DNA of 64,000 nt from Bugula neritina (Eukaryota > Animalia > Bryozoa): the NCBI GenBank assembly GCA_964035545.1, contig CAXIUT010000230.1, forward strand, positions 1,736,001 through 1,800,000. Direction: 5' to 3'. How positions within the stretch are numbered: position 1 is the first letter of the stretch; every line of letters starts with the position of its first letter. The notes under the pieces are model-generated. The model had not been told where the DNA came from. It searched no databases and saw nothing but the letters and a program-made list of their open reading frames with translations. The translations under genes and the position numbers were made by a program. This document shows positions 43,075 to 58,800 of the stretch, piece by piece.

Positions 43075-45537
43075 TGCAACATACTAAAATACACTGTAAC
43101 ATAACGAGATACACTGCAACACATTGAAATATACTGCAACATACTGAAATGATTGGTAAACTAGTGAAATGTACTGTAACATACTGAAACATACCGGAAC
43201 ATTCTGCAACATAATGAAATATACTGTAGCACACTGAAATATACTGCACGATACTGAAATATACTGGAATGTACGCAACATACTGAAGTACGCTGCAACA
43301 TACTGATTCATACTGCAAGATACTACAACATGCTGAATTCCACTGTAACATACTGAAATACACTGCAACATACTGCAACATACTGAATTACACTGGAACA
43401 TATTGAAATACACTGCAACACTTTGAAATATACTGCAACACACTGAAACATATGGCAACATACCGAAATACACTGCGACACGTTGACAAATACTGCAACA
43501 TACTGAAATATACTGCAAGTGGTGCAACATACTGAAATATACTGTACTATACTAAAATTCTTTGCAAAACAATAAAATATACTGCAACATACTGAAACAT
43601 ACTGCAACATACTGAAATATACTGTAACATACTGAGACACACTATAACATATTGAAATATACTGCAGCATACTGAATGACACTCTAACATACGGAAATAT
43701 GCTGTAGCATACTGAAATACACTGCCACACACTGAAGTATACTGTATTATACAGAAATGTACTGCAACATACTGAATTATACTACAACATACTGTAACAT
43801 ACTGAAATACACTGTAACAAACTGAAATACACTGCAACATACTGCAACATACTGAATTACACTGGAACATATTGAAACACACTGCAACACTTTGAAATAT
43901 ACTGCAACACACTGAAACATACGGCAACATACCGAAATATGCTGTAACATACTGAAAGACACTACAACTCACTGAACTATAGTGTAATATACAGAAATGT
44001 ACTACAACATGCCTAAATACACTGCAACATACTGCAACATACTGAAATACACTGGAACTTACTGAAACATACCGCGACACATTAAAATATATTAAAACAT
44101 ACTGAAATATACTTCAACATGCCGCAACATACTAAAATACAATGTAACATACTGAAATACATTGCAACACATTGAAATATCCTGCAACAGACTGAAACAT
44201 ACTGCAACATACTGAAATATACTGCAATATACTGAATTACACTATAACATATTGAAATATACTGCAAGATACCGAATTACATTCTAACATACTGAAATAT
44301 ACCGCAAGTGGTGCAACATACTAAAATACACTGTAACATAACGAGATACACTGCAACACATTGAAATATACTGCAACATACTGAAATGATTGGTAAACTA
44401 GTGAAATGTACTGTAACATACTGAAACATACCGGAACATTCTGCAACATAATGAAATATACTGTAGCACACTGAAATATACTGCACGATACTGAAATATA
44501 CTGGAATGTACGCAACATACTGAAGTACGCTGCAACATACTGATTCATACTGCAAGATACTACAACATGCTGAATTCCACTGTAACATACTGAAATACAC
44601 TGCAACATACTGCAACATACTGAATTACACTGGAACATATTGAAATACACTGCAACACTTTGAAATATACTGCAACACACTGAAACATATGGCAACATAC
44701 CGAAATACACTGCGACACGTTGACAAATACTGCAACATACTGAAATATACTGCAAGTGGTGCAACATACTGAAATATACTGTACTATACTAAAATTCTTT
44801 GCAAAACAATAAAATATACTGCAACATACTGAAACATACTGCAACATACTGAAATATACTGTAACATACTGAGACACACTATAACATATTGAAATATACT
44901 GCAGCATACTGAATGACACTCTAACATACGGAAATATGCTGTAGCATACTGAAATACACTGCCACACACTGAAGTATACTGTATTATACAGAAATGTACT
45001 GCAACATACTGAATTATACTACAACATACTGTAACATACTGAAATACACTGTAACAAACTGAAATACACTGCAACATACTGCAACATACTGAATTACACT
45101 GGAACATATTGAAACACACTGCAACACTTTGAAATATACTGCAACACACTGAAACATACGGCAACATACCGAAATATGCTGTAACATACTGAAAGACACT
45201 ACAACTCACTGAACTATAGTGTAATATACAGAAATGTACTACAACATGCCTAAATACACTGCAACATACTGCAACATACTGAAATACACTGGAACTTACT
45301 GAAACATACCGCGACACATTAAAATATATTAAAACATACTGAAATATACTTCAACATGCTGCAACATACTAAAATACAATGTAACATACTGAAATACATT
45401 GCAACACATTGAAATATCCTGCAACAGACTGAAACATACTGCAACATACTGAAATATACTGCAATATACTGAATTACACTATAACATATTGAAATATACT
45501 GCAAGATACCGAATTACATTCTAACATACTGAAATAT
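43075..45537 (+). repeat. Near-identical 1237-bp-period tandem duplication within the satellite
   Basis: 43075-44300 matches 44312-45537. ORF-track peptides recur at offset 1237 (43323/44560, 43547/44784, 43777/45014, 44082/45319). Confidence 0.9.
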
Positions 45538-46899
45538 GCTGTAGCATACTGAATTACACTGCAACGCACTGAAGTATACTCTAATATACTGAAATGTACT
45601 GCGACATACTGAATTATACTGCAACATACTGCAACATACTGAAATACACTGTAACATAATGAAATATGCTGTAGCACACTGAAATACACTGCAACACACA
45701 GAAGTATACTGTAATATACTGAAATGTACTACAACATACTGGAATATACTGTAACACACTCAAATATACTCTAACATACCGAAATACACTGTAACATACA
45801 GAAATATACTGCAACAGACTGCAACATACTGAAAAACAGTGTAACATACTGAAAAAGACTGCAACACATTGGAATATACTGCAACATACTGAAATATGCT
45901 GTAGCATACTGAAAGACACTACAACTCACTGAACTATAGTGTAATATACGGAAATGTACTACAACATGCCTAAATATACTGCAACATACTGAAATACACT
46001 ACAACATACTGCAACATACTGAAATACACTGTGACACACTGAAACACACTGCAACATACTGCAATATACTGCAACATACTGAAATATACTGCAACATACT
46101 GCAACATACTAAAATACACTGCAACATACTGCAACATACTGAAATACACTGGAACATATTGAAATACACTGCGACACAGTAAAATATACTGCAACACACT
46201 GAAACATACGGCAACATACCGAAATATACTGCGACATGTTGAAAAATACTGCAACATAATGAAATATACTGCAAGTGGTGCAACATACTGAAATACACTT
46301 TGACACACTGATATACACTGCAACATACTGCAACATACTGCAACATACTGAAATACACTGTAACATATTGAAATACACTGCAACATACTGCAACATACTG
46401 AAATACACTGGAACTTACTGAAATATACTGCAACACACTGAAACATATGGCAACATACCGAAATACACTGCGAGACGTTGACAAATACTGCAACATACTG
46501 AAATATACCGCAAGTGGTGCAACATACTGAAATAAACTGTACTATACTAAAATTCTTTGCAAAACAATAAAATATACTGCAACATACTGAAACATACTGC
46601 AACATACTGAAATATACTGCAACATACTGAATTACACTATAACATAATGAAATATGCTGTAGCACACTGAAATACACTGCAACACACTGAAGTAAACTGT
46701 AAATTACTTAAATGTACTGCAACATACTGAAAGATACTGCAACATACTGCAACAAACTAAAATACACTGCAACATACTGAAATACATTGCAACACATTAA
46801 AATATACTGCAACATACTGAAACATACTGCAACATACTGAAATATACTGCAACATACTGAAATACACTATAACATACTGAAATATACTGCACCATACTG

Positions 46900-49800
46900 A
46901 AACATACGCAACATACTGAAATACGGTGCAACATACTGTAATATCTTGCAAGATACTGCAAAATACTGAGTACACTGTGTCATACTGAAATACACTGCAA
47001 CATACTGCAACATACCACAACGTACTGATATATACCGCGACGCATTAAAATATACTGCAACATACGAAAATACACTGCAACATACTGAAATACATTGCAA
47101 CACATTAAAACATACTGCAACATATTGAAACGTACTGCAACATACTGAAATATATTGCAACATACTGAAATACTCTATAACATATTGAAATATACTGCAA
47201 CATACCGAATTACACTCTAACATACTGAAATATGCTGTAGCTTACTGAAATACGCTGCAACACATTGAAATATACTGCAACATACCGAAAAGAATGGTAA
47301 ACTAGCGAAATAAACTGTAACATAATGAAACATACCGGAACATACTGCAACATAATCAAATATACTGTAACACACTGAAATATACTGCAAGATACTGAAA
47401 TATACTGCAACATACTGAAACGTACGCAACATACTGAAATACGCTGCAACATACTGTAATATACTGCAAGATACTGCAAAATACTGAGTACACTGTGTCA
47501 TACTGAAATACACTGCAACATACCGCAAGATATTGCAACATACTGAAATACACTGTGACACACTGAAATATACTGCAACATACTGCAACATACTGCAACA
47601 TACTGAAATACACTGTAACATATTGAAATACACTGCAACATACTGCAACATACTGAAATACACTGTAACATATTGAAATACACTGCAACACACTGCAACA
47701 TACTGCAACATACTGAAATACACTGGAACTAACTGAAACATACGGCAACATACTGAAATACACTGTGGCACACTGAAATACACTGCAACATACTGCAACA
47801 TACTGCAACTTACTGAAATACACTGTAACATATTGAAATACACTGCAACATACTGCAACATACTGCAACATACTGAAATACACTGGAACTTACTGAAATG
47901 TACTGCGACACATTAAAATATACTGTAACATACTGAAATATACTTCAACATGCTGCAACATAACAAAATACAATGTAACATACTGAAATAGATTGCAACA
48001 CATTGAAATATACTGCAACATACTGAAACATACTGCAACATACTGAAATATACTGCAATATACTGAATTACACTATAACATATTGAAATATACTGCAAGA
48101 TACTGAATTACACTCTAACATACTGAAATATGCTGTAGCATACTGAATTACACTGCAACACACTGAAGTATACTCTAATATACTGAAATGTACTGCGACA
48201 TACTGAATTATACTGCAACATACTGCAACATACTGAAATACACTGTAACATAATGAAATATGCTGGAGCACACTTAAATACACCGCAACACACTGAAGTA
48301 TACTGTAATATACTGAAATGTACTGCAACATACTGGAATATACCGTAACACACTGATATATACTCTAACATACCGAAATACACTGTAACATACTGAAATA
48401 AACTGCAACCTACTGCAATATACTGAATTACACTTGAACATAATGAAATACACTGAAACACATTGAAATATACTGCAAGATACCGAAAAGAATGGTAAAC
48501 TAGTGAAATATACTGTTACATAATGAAACATACCGGAACATACTGCAACATAATAAAATATACTGTAACACACTGAAATATGCTACAAGATACTGAAATA
48601 TACTGTAACATACTGAAACATACGCAATATACTGAAATACGCTGCAACATACTGAATTACACTCTAACATACTGAAATATGGTGTAGCACACTGAAATAC
48701 ACTGCACCACACTGAAGCGTACTGTAATATACAGAAATGTACTGCAACATACTGAATTATACTGCAACATACTGCAACATATTGAAATACACTGTAACAT
48801 AACGAAATACATTGCAACACCTTGAAATATACTGCAACATACTGCAACCTACCACAACGTACTGAAGTATACCGTGACGCCTTATAATATACTGCAACAT
48901 ACTAAAATACACTGCAACATACTGAAATACATTGCAACACATTAAAACATACTGCAACATATTGAAACGTACTGCAACATACTGAAATATACTGCAACAT
49001 ACTGAAATACTCTATAACATATTGAAATATACTGCAACATACTGAATTACACTCTAACATACTGAAATATGCTGTAGCATACTGAAATACACTGCAACAC
49101 ATTGAAATATACTGCAACATACCGAAATGAATGGTAAACTAGCGAAATAAACTGTAACATAATGAAACATACCGGAACATACTGCAAGATAATAAAATAT
49201 ACTGTAACACACTGAAATATACTGCAAGATACTGAAATATACTGCAACATACTGAAACGTAAGCAACATACTGAAATACGCTGCGACATACTGTAATATA
49301 CTGCAAGATACTGCAAAATACTGAGTACACTGTGTCATACTGAAATACACTGCAACATACTGCAAGATCTTGCAACATACTGAAATACACTGTAACATAT
49401 TGAAATACACTGCATCATACTGCACCATACTGAAATACACTGAAACATATTGATATATACTGCAACACATTGAAATATACTGCAACACACTGAAACATAA
49501 GGCAACATACTGAAATATACTGCGACACATTGAAATATACTGCAACATACTAAAATATACTGCAACATACTGCAACATCCTAAAATACACTGTAACATAC
49601 TGAAATACACTGCAACAACTTGAAAAATACTGCAACATACCTAAACATTCGGCAACATACTAAAATACACTATAACATATTGAAATACACTGAAACATAC
49701 TGAAATACACTATAACATATTGAAATATGCTGTAGCATACTGAAGTATGCTGCCACACACTGAAGTATACTGTAATATACAGAAATGTACTGTAACATAC

Positions 49801-52800
49801 TGAAACATACTGCAACATAGTGCAACGTACGGAAATACACTGTAACATAATGAAATACACTGCAACACATTGAAATATACTGCAACATAACGAAATAAAT
49901 GGTAAACTAGTGGAATATACTGTTACACAATGAAATTGACTGCAAGATACTGAGATATACTGTAACATACTGAAGTACGCTGCCACATACTGAAATATAC
50001 TGCAAGAAACTGCAACATACTGAAATACTCTGGAACATATTGAAATACACTGCAACACTCTGAAAAATACTGCAACACACTGAAACATACGGCAACATAG
50101 CGAAGTAAACTGCGACACGTTGAAAATTACTGCAACATACTGAAATATACTGTAACACACTGAAATATACTGCAAGATACTGAAATATACAACAACATAC
50201 TGAAACGTACGCAACATACTGAAATACGGTGCAACATACTGTAATATCTTGCAAGATACTGCAAAATACTGAGTACACTGTGTCATACTGAAATACACTG
50301 CAACATACTGAAATACATTGCAACACATTAAAACATACTACAACATATTGAAACGTACTGCAACATCCTGAAATATATTGCAACATACTGAAATACTCTA
50401 TAACATATTGAAATATACTGCAACATACTGAATTACACTCTAACATACTGAAATATGCTGTAGCTTACTGAAATACGCTGCAACACATTGAAATATACTG
50501 CAACATACCGAAAAGAATGGTAAACTAGCGAAATAAACTGTAACATAATGAAACATACCGGAACATACTGCAACATAATCAAATATACTGTAACACACTG
50601 AAATATACTGCAAGATACTGAAATATACTGCAACATACTGAAACGTACGCAACATACTGAAATACGCTGCAACATACTGTAATATACTGCAAGATACTGC
50701 AAAATACTGAGTACACTGTGTCATACTGAAATACACTGCAACATACCGCAAGATATTGCAACATACTGAAATACACTGTGACACACTGAAATATACTGCA
50801 ACATACTGCAACATACTGAAATACACTGTAACATATTGAAATACACTGCAACATACTGCAACATACTGAAATACACTGTAACATATTGAAATACACTGCA
50901 ACACACTGCAACATACTGCAACATACTGAAATACACTGGAACTAACTGAAACATACGGCAACATACTGAAATACACTGTGGCACACTGAAATACACTGCA
51001 ACATACTGCAACATACTGCAACTTACTGAAATACACTGTAACATATTGAAATACACTGCAACATACTGCAACATACTGCAACACACTGCAACATACTGAA
51101 ATACACTGGAACTTACTGAAATGTACTGCGACACGTTAAAATATACTGTAACATACTGAAATATACTTCAACATGCTGCAACATAACAAAATACAATGTA
51201 ACATACTGAAATAGATTGCAACACATTGAAATATACTGCAACATACTGAAACATACTGCAACATACTGAAATATACTGCAATATACTGAATTACACTATA
51301 ACATATTGAAATATACTGCAAGATACTGAATTACACTCTAACATACTGAAATATGCTGTAGCATACTGAATTACACTGCAACACACTGAAGTATACTCTA
51401 ATATACTGAAATGTACTGCGACATACTGAATTATACTGCAACATACTGCAACATACTGAAATACACTGTAACATAATGAAATATGCTGGAGCACACTTAA
51501 ATACACCGCAACACACTGAAGTATACTGTAATATACTGAAATGTACTGCAACATACTGGAATATACCGTAACACACTGATATATACTCTAACATACCGAA
51601 ATACACTGTAACATACTGAAATAAACTGCAACCTACTGCGATATACTGATTTACACTTGAACATAATGAAATACACTGAAACACATTGAAATATACTGCA
51701 AGATACCGAAAAGAATGGTAAACTAGTGAAATATACTGTTACATAATGAAACATACCGGAACATACTGCAACATAATAAAATATACTGTAACACACTGAA
51801 ATATGCTACAAGATACTGAAATATACTGTAACATACTGAAACATACGCAATATACTGAAATACGCTGCAACATACTGAATTACACTCTAACATACTGAAA
51901 TATGGTGTAGCACACTGAAATACACTGCACCACACTGAAGCGTACTGTAATATACAGAAATGTACTGCAACATACTGAATTATACTGCAACATACTGCAA
52001 CATATTGAAATACACTGTAACATAACGAAATACATTGCAACACCTTGAAATATACTGCAACATACCGAAATGAATGGTAAACAAGTGAAATATACTGTAA
52101 CACAATGAAACATACAGGAACATACTGCACTATAATGAAATATACTGTAGCACACTGAAAGATACTGCACGATACTGAAATATTCTGTACCATACTGAAA
52201 TGTACGCAACATACTGAAGTTTGCTGCAACATACTGATTTATACTCCAAGATATTGCAACATACTGGAATACACTGTAACAAACTGAAATACACTGCAAC
52301 ATACTGCAACATACTGAGTTACACTGGAACATATTGAAATACACTGCAACACTTTGAAATATACTGCAACACACTGAAACATCTGGCAACATACAGAAGT
52401 ACACTGCGAGACGTTGAAAAATACTGCAACATACTGAAATACATTGGGACACACTGAAATACACTGCAACATACTGCAACCTACCACAACGTACTGAAGT
52501 ATACCGTGACGCCTTATAATATACTGCAACATACTAAAATACACTGCAACATACTGAAATACATTGCAACACATTAAAACATACTGCAACATATTGAAAC
52601 GTACTGCAACATACTGAAATACTCTATAACATATTGAAATATACTGCAACATACTGAATTACACTCTAACATACTGAAATATGCTGTAGCATACTGAAAT
52701 ACACTGCAACACATTGAAATATACTGCAACATACCGAAATGAATGGTAAACTAGCGAAATAAACTGTAACATAATGAAACATACCGGAACATACTGCAAG

Positions 52801-55800
52801 ATAATAAAATATACTGTAACACACTGAAATATACTGCAAGATACTGAAATATACTGCAACATACTGAAACGTAAGCAACATACTGAAATACGCTGCGACA
52901 TACTGTAATATACTGCAAGATACTGCAAAATACTGAGTACACTGTGTCATACTGAAATACACTGCAACATACTGCAAGATCTTGCAACATACTGAAATAC
53001 ACTGTAACATATTGAAATACACTGCATCATACTGCACCATACTGAAATACACTGAAACATATTGATATATACTGCAACACATTGAAATATACTGCAACAC
53101 ACTGAAACATAAGGCAACATACTGAAATATACTGCGACACATTGAAATATACTGCAACATACTAAAATATACTGCAACATACTGCAACATCCTAAAATAC
53201 ACTGTAACATACTGAAATACACTGCAACAACTTGAAAAATACTGCAACATACCTAAACATTCGGCAACATACTAAAATACACTATAACATATTGAAATAC
53301 ACTGAAACATACTGAAATACACTATAACATATTGAAATATGCTGTAGCATACTGAAGTATGCTGCCACACACTGAAGTATACTGTAATATACAGAAATGT
53401 CCTGTAACATACTGAAACATACTGCAACATAGTGCAACGTACGGAAATACACTGTAACATAATGAAATACACTGCAACACATTGAAATATACTGCAACAT
53501 AACGAAATAAATGGTAAACTAGTGGAATATACTGTAACACAATGAAATTGACTGCAAGATACTGAGATATACTGTAACATACTGAAGTACGCTGCCACAT
53601 ACTGAAATATACTGCAAGAAACTGCAACATACTGAAATACTCTGGAACATATTGAAATACACTGCAACACTCTGAAAAATACTGCAACACACTGAAACAT
53701 ACGGCAACATACCGAAGTAAACTGCGACACGTTGAAAATTACTGCAACATACTGAAATATACTGTAACACACTGAAATATACTGCAAGATACTGAAATAT
53801 ACAACAACATACTGAAACGTACGCAACATACTGAAATACGGTGCAACATACTGTAATATCTTGCAAGATACTGCAAAATACTGAGTACACTGTGTCATAC
53901 TGAAATACACTGCAACATACTGCAACATACCACAACGTACTGATATATACCGCGACGCATTAAAATATACTGCAACATACGAAAATACACTGCAACATAC
54001 TGAAATACATTGCAACACATGAAAACATACTGCAACATATTGAAACGTACTACAACATACTGAAATATATTGCGACATACTGAAATACTCTATAACATAT
54101 TGAAATATACTGCAACATACTGAATTACACTCTAACATACTGAAATATGCTGTAGCATACTGAAATACGCTGCAACACATTGAAATATACTGCAACATAC
54201 CGAAATGAATGGTAAACTAGCGAAATAAACTGTAACATAATGAAACATACCGGAACATACTGCAACATAATCAAATATACTGTAACACACTGAAATATGC
54301 TACAAGATACTGAAATATACTGCAACATACTGAAACGTACGCAACATACTGAAATACGCTGCAACATACTGTAATATACTGCAAGGTAGTGCAAAATACT
54401 GAGTACACTGTGTCATACTGAAATACACTGCAACATACTGCAAGATATTGCAACATACTGAGATACACTGTGACACACTGAAATATACTGCAACATACTG
54501 CAACATACTGCAACATACTGCAACATACTGAACTACACTGTAACATATTGAAATACATTGCAACACATTGAAATATACTGCATCTATTTGAAACATACTG
54601 CAACATACTGAATTACACTCTAACATACTGAAATATGCTGTAGCATACTGAAAAACACTACAACTCACTGAAGTATAGTGTAATATACGGAAATGTACTG
54701 CAACATGCCAAAATATACTGCAACATACTGAAATACACTGTAACATATTGAAATACACTGCAACATACTGCAACATACTGAAATACACTGTAACATATTG
54801 AAATACACTGCAACACACTGCAACATACTGCAACATACTGAAATACACTGGAACTAACTTCAACATACGGCAACATACTGAAATACACTGTGGCACACTG
54901 AAATACACTGCAACATACTGCAACATACTGCAACTTACTGAAATACACTGTAACATATTGAAATACACTGCAACATACTGCAACATACTGCAACATACTG
55001 AAATACACTGGAACTTACTGAAATGTACTGCGACACATTAAAATATACTGTAACATACTGAAATATACTTCAACATGCTGCAACACAACAAAATACAATG
55101 TAACATACTGAAATAGATTGCAACACATTGAAATATACTGCAACATACTGAAACATACTGCAACATACTGAAATATACTGCAATATACTGAATTACACTA
55201 TAACATATTGAAATATACTGCAAGATACTGAATTACACTCTAACATACTGAAATATGCTATAGCATACTGAATTACACTGCAACACACTGAAGTATACTC
55301 TAATATACTGAAATGTACTGCGACATACTGAATTATACTGCAACATACTGCAACATACTGAAATACACTGTAACATAATGAAATATGCTGGAGCACACTT
55401 AAATACACCGCAACACACTGAAGTATACTGTAATATACTGAAATGTACTGCAACATACTGGAATATACCGTAACACACTGATATATACTCTAACATACCG
55501 AAATACACTGTAACATACTGAAATAAACTGCAACCTACTGCGATATACTGAATTACACTTGAACATAATGAAATACACTGAAACACATTGAAATATACTG
55601 CAAGATACCGAAAAGAATGGTAAACTAGTGAAATATACTGTTACATAATGAAACATACCGGAACATACTGCAACATAATAAAATATACTGTAACACACTG
55701 AAATATGCTACAAGATACTGAAATATACTGTAACATACTGAAACATACGCAATATACTGAAATACGCTGCAACATACTGAATTACACTCTAACATACTGA

Positions 55801-58800
55801 AATATGGTGTAGCACACTGAAATACACTGCACCACACTGAAGCGTACTGTAATATACAGAAATGTACTGCAACGTACTGAATTATACTGCAACATACTGC
55901 AACATATTGAAATACACTGTAACATAACGAAATACATTGCAACACCTTGAAATATACTGCAACATACCGAAATGAATGGTAAACAAGTGAAATATACTGT
56001 AACACAATGAAACATACAGGAACATACTGCACTATAATGAAATATACTGTAGCACACTGAAAGATACTGCACGATACTGAAATATTCTGTACCATACTGA
56101 AATGTACGCAACATACTGAAGTTTGCTGCAACATACTGATTTATACTCCAAGATATTGCAACATACTGAAATACACTGTAACAAACTGAAATACACTGCA
56201 ACATACTGCAACATACTGAGTTACACTGGAACATATTGAAATACACTGCAACACTTTGAAATATACTGCAACACACTGAAACATCTGGCAACATACAGAA
56301 GTACACTGCGAGACGTTGAAAAATACTGCAACATACTGAAATACATTGGGACACACTGAAATACACTGCAACATACTGCAACCTACCACAACGTACTGAA
56401 GTATACCGTGACGCCTTATAATATACTGCAACATACTAAAATACACTGCAACATACTGAAATACATTGCAACACATTAAAACATACTGCAACATATTGAA
56501 ACGTACTGCAACATACTGAAATATACTGCAACATACTGAAATACTCTATAACATATTGAAATATACTGCAACATACTGAATTACACTCTAACATACTGAA
56601 ATATGCTGTAGCATACTGAAATACACTGCAACACATTGAAATATACTGCAACATACCGAAATGAATGGTAAACTAGCGAAATAAACTGTAACATAATGAA
56701 ACATACCGGAACATACTGCAAGATAATAAAATATACTGTAACACACTGAAATATACTGCAAGATACTGAAATATACTGCAACATACTGAAACGTAAGCAA
56801 CATACTGAAATACGCTGCGACATACTGTAATATACTGCAAGATACTGCAAAATACTGAGTACACTGTGTCATACTGAAATACACTGCAACATACTGCAAG
56901 ATCTTGCAACATACTGAAATACACTGTAACATATTGAAATACACTGCATCATACTGCACCATACTGAAATACACTGAAACATATTGATATATACTGCAAC
57001 ACATTGAAATATACTGCAACACACTGAAACATAAGGCAACATACTGAAATATACTGCGACACATTGAAATATACTGCAACATACTAAAATATACTGCAAC
57101 ATACTGCAACATCCTAAAATACACTGTAACATACTGAAATACACTGCAACAACTTGAAAAATACTGCAACATACCTAAACATTCGGCAACATACTAAAAT
57201 ACACTATAACATATTGAAATACACTGAAACATACTGAAATACACTATAACATATTGAAATATGCTGTAGCATACTGAAGTATGCTGCCACACACTGCAGT
57301 ATACTGTAATATACAGAAATGTACTGTAACATACTGAAACATACTGCAACATAGTGCAACGTACGGAAATACACTGTAACATAATGAAATACACTGCAAC
57401 ACATTGAAATATACTGCAACATAACGAAATAAATGGTAAACTAGTGGAATATACTGTAACACAATGAAATTGACTGCAAGATACTGAGATATACTGTAAC
57501 ATACTGAAGTACGCTGCCACATACTGAAATATACTGCAAGAAACTGCAACATACTGAAATACTCTGGAATATATTGAAATACACTGCAACACTCTGAAAA
57601 ATACTGCAACACACTGAAACATACGGCAACATACCGAAGTAAACTGCGACACGTTGAAAATTACTGCAACATACTGAAATATACTGTAACACACTGAAAT
57701 ATACTGCAAGATACTGAAATATACAACAACATACTGAAACGTACGCAACATACTGAAATACGGTGCAACATACTGTAATATCTTGCAAGATACTGCAAAA
57801 TACTGAGTACACTGTGTCATACTGAAATACACTGCAACATACTGCAACATACCACAACGTACTGATATATACCGCGACGCATTAAAATATACTGCAACAT
57901 ACGAAAATACACTGCAACATACTGAAATACATTGCAACACATGAAAACATACTGCAACATATTGAAACGTACTGCAACATACTGAAATATATTGCAACAT
58001 ACTGAAATACTCTATAACATATTGAAATATACTGCAACATACTGAATTACACTCTAACATACTGAAATATGCTGTAGCATACTGAAATACGCTGCAACAC
58101 ATTGAAATATACTGCAACATACCGAAATGAATGGTAAACTAGCGAAATAAACTGTACCATAATGAAACATACCGGAACATACTGCAACATAATCAAATAT
58201 ACTGTAACACACTGAAATATGCTACAAGATACTGAAATATACTGCAACATACTGAAACGTACGCAACATACTGAAATTCGCTGCAACATACTGTAATATA
58301 CTGCAAGGTAGTGCAAAATACTGAGTACACTGTGTCATACTGAAATACACTGCAACATACTGCAAGATATTGCAACATACTGAGATACACTGTGACACAC
58401 TGAAATATACTGCAACATACTGCAACATACTGCAACATACTGCAACATACTGAACTACACTGTAACATATTGAAATACATTGCAACACATTGAAATATAC
58501 TGCATCTTTTTGAAACATACTGCAACATACTGAATTACACTCTAACATACTGAAATATGCTGTAGCATACTGAAAAACACTACAACTCACTGAAGTATAG
58601 TGTAATATACGGAAATGTACTGCAACATGCCAAAATATACTGCAACATACTGAAATACACTGTAACATATTGAAATACACTGCAACATACTGCAACATAC
58701 TGAAATACACTGTAACATATTGAAATACACTGCAACACACTGCAACATACTGCAACATACTGAAATACACTGGAATTAACTTCAACATACGGCAACATAC

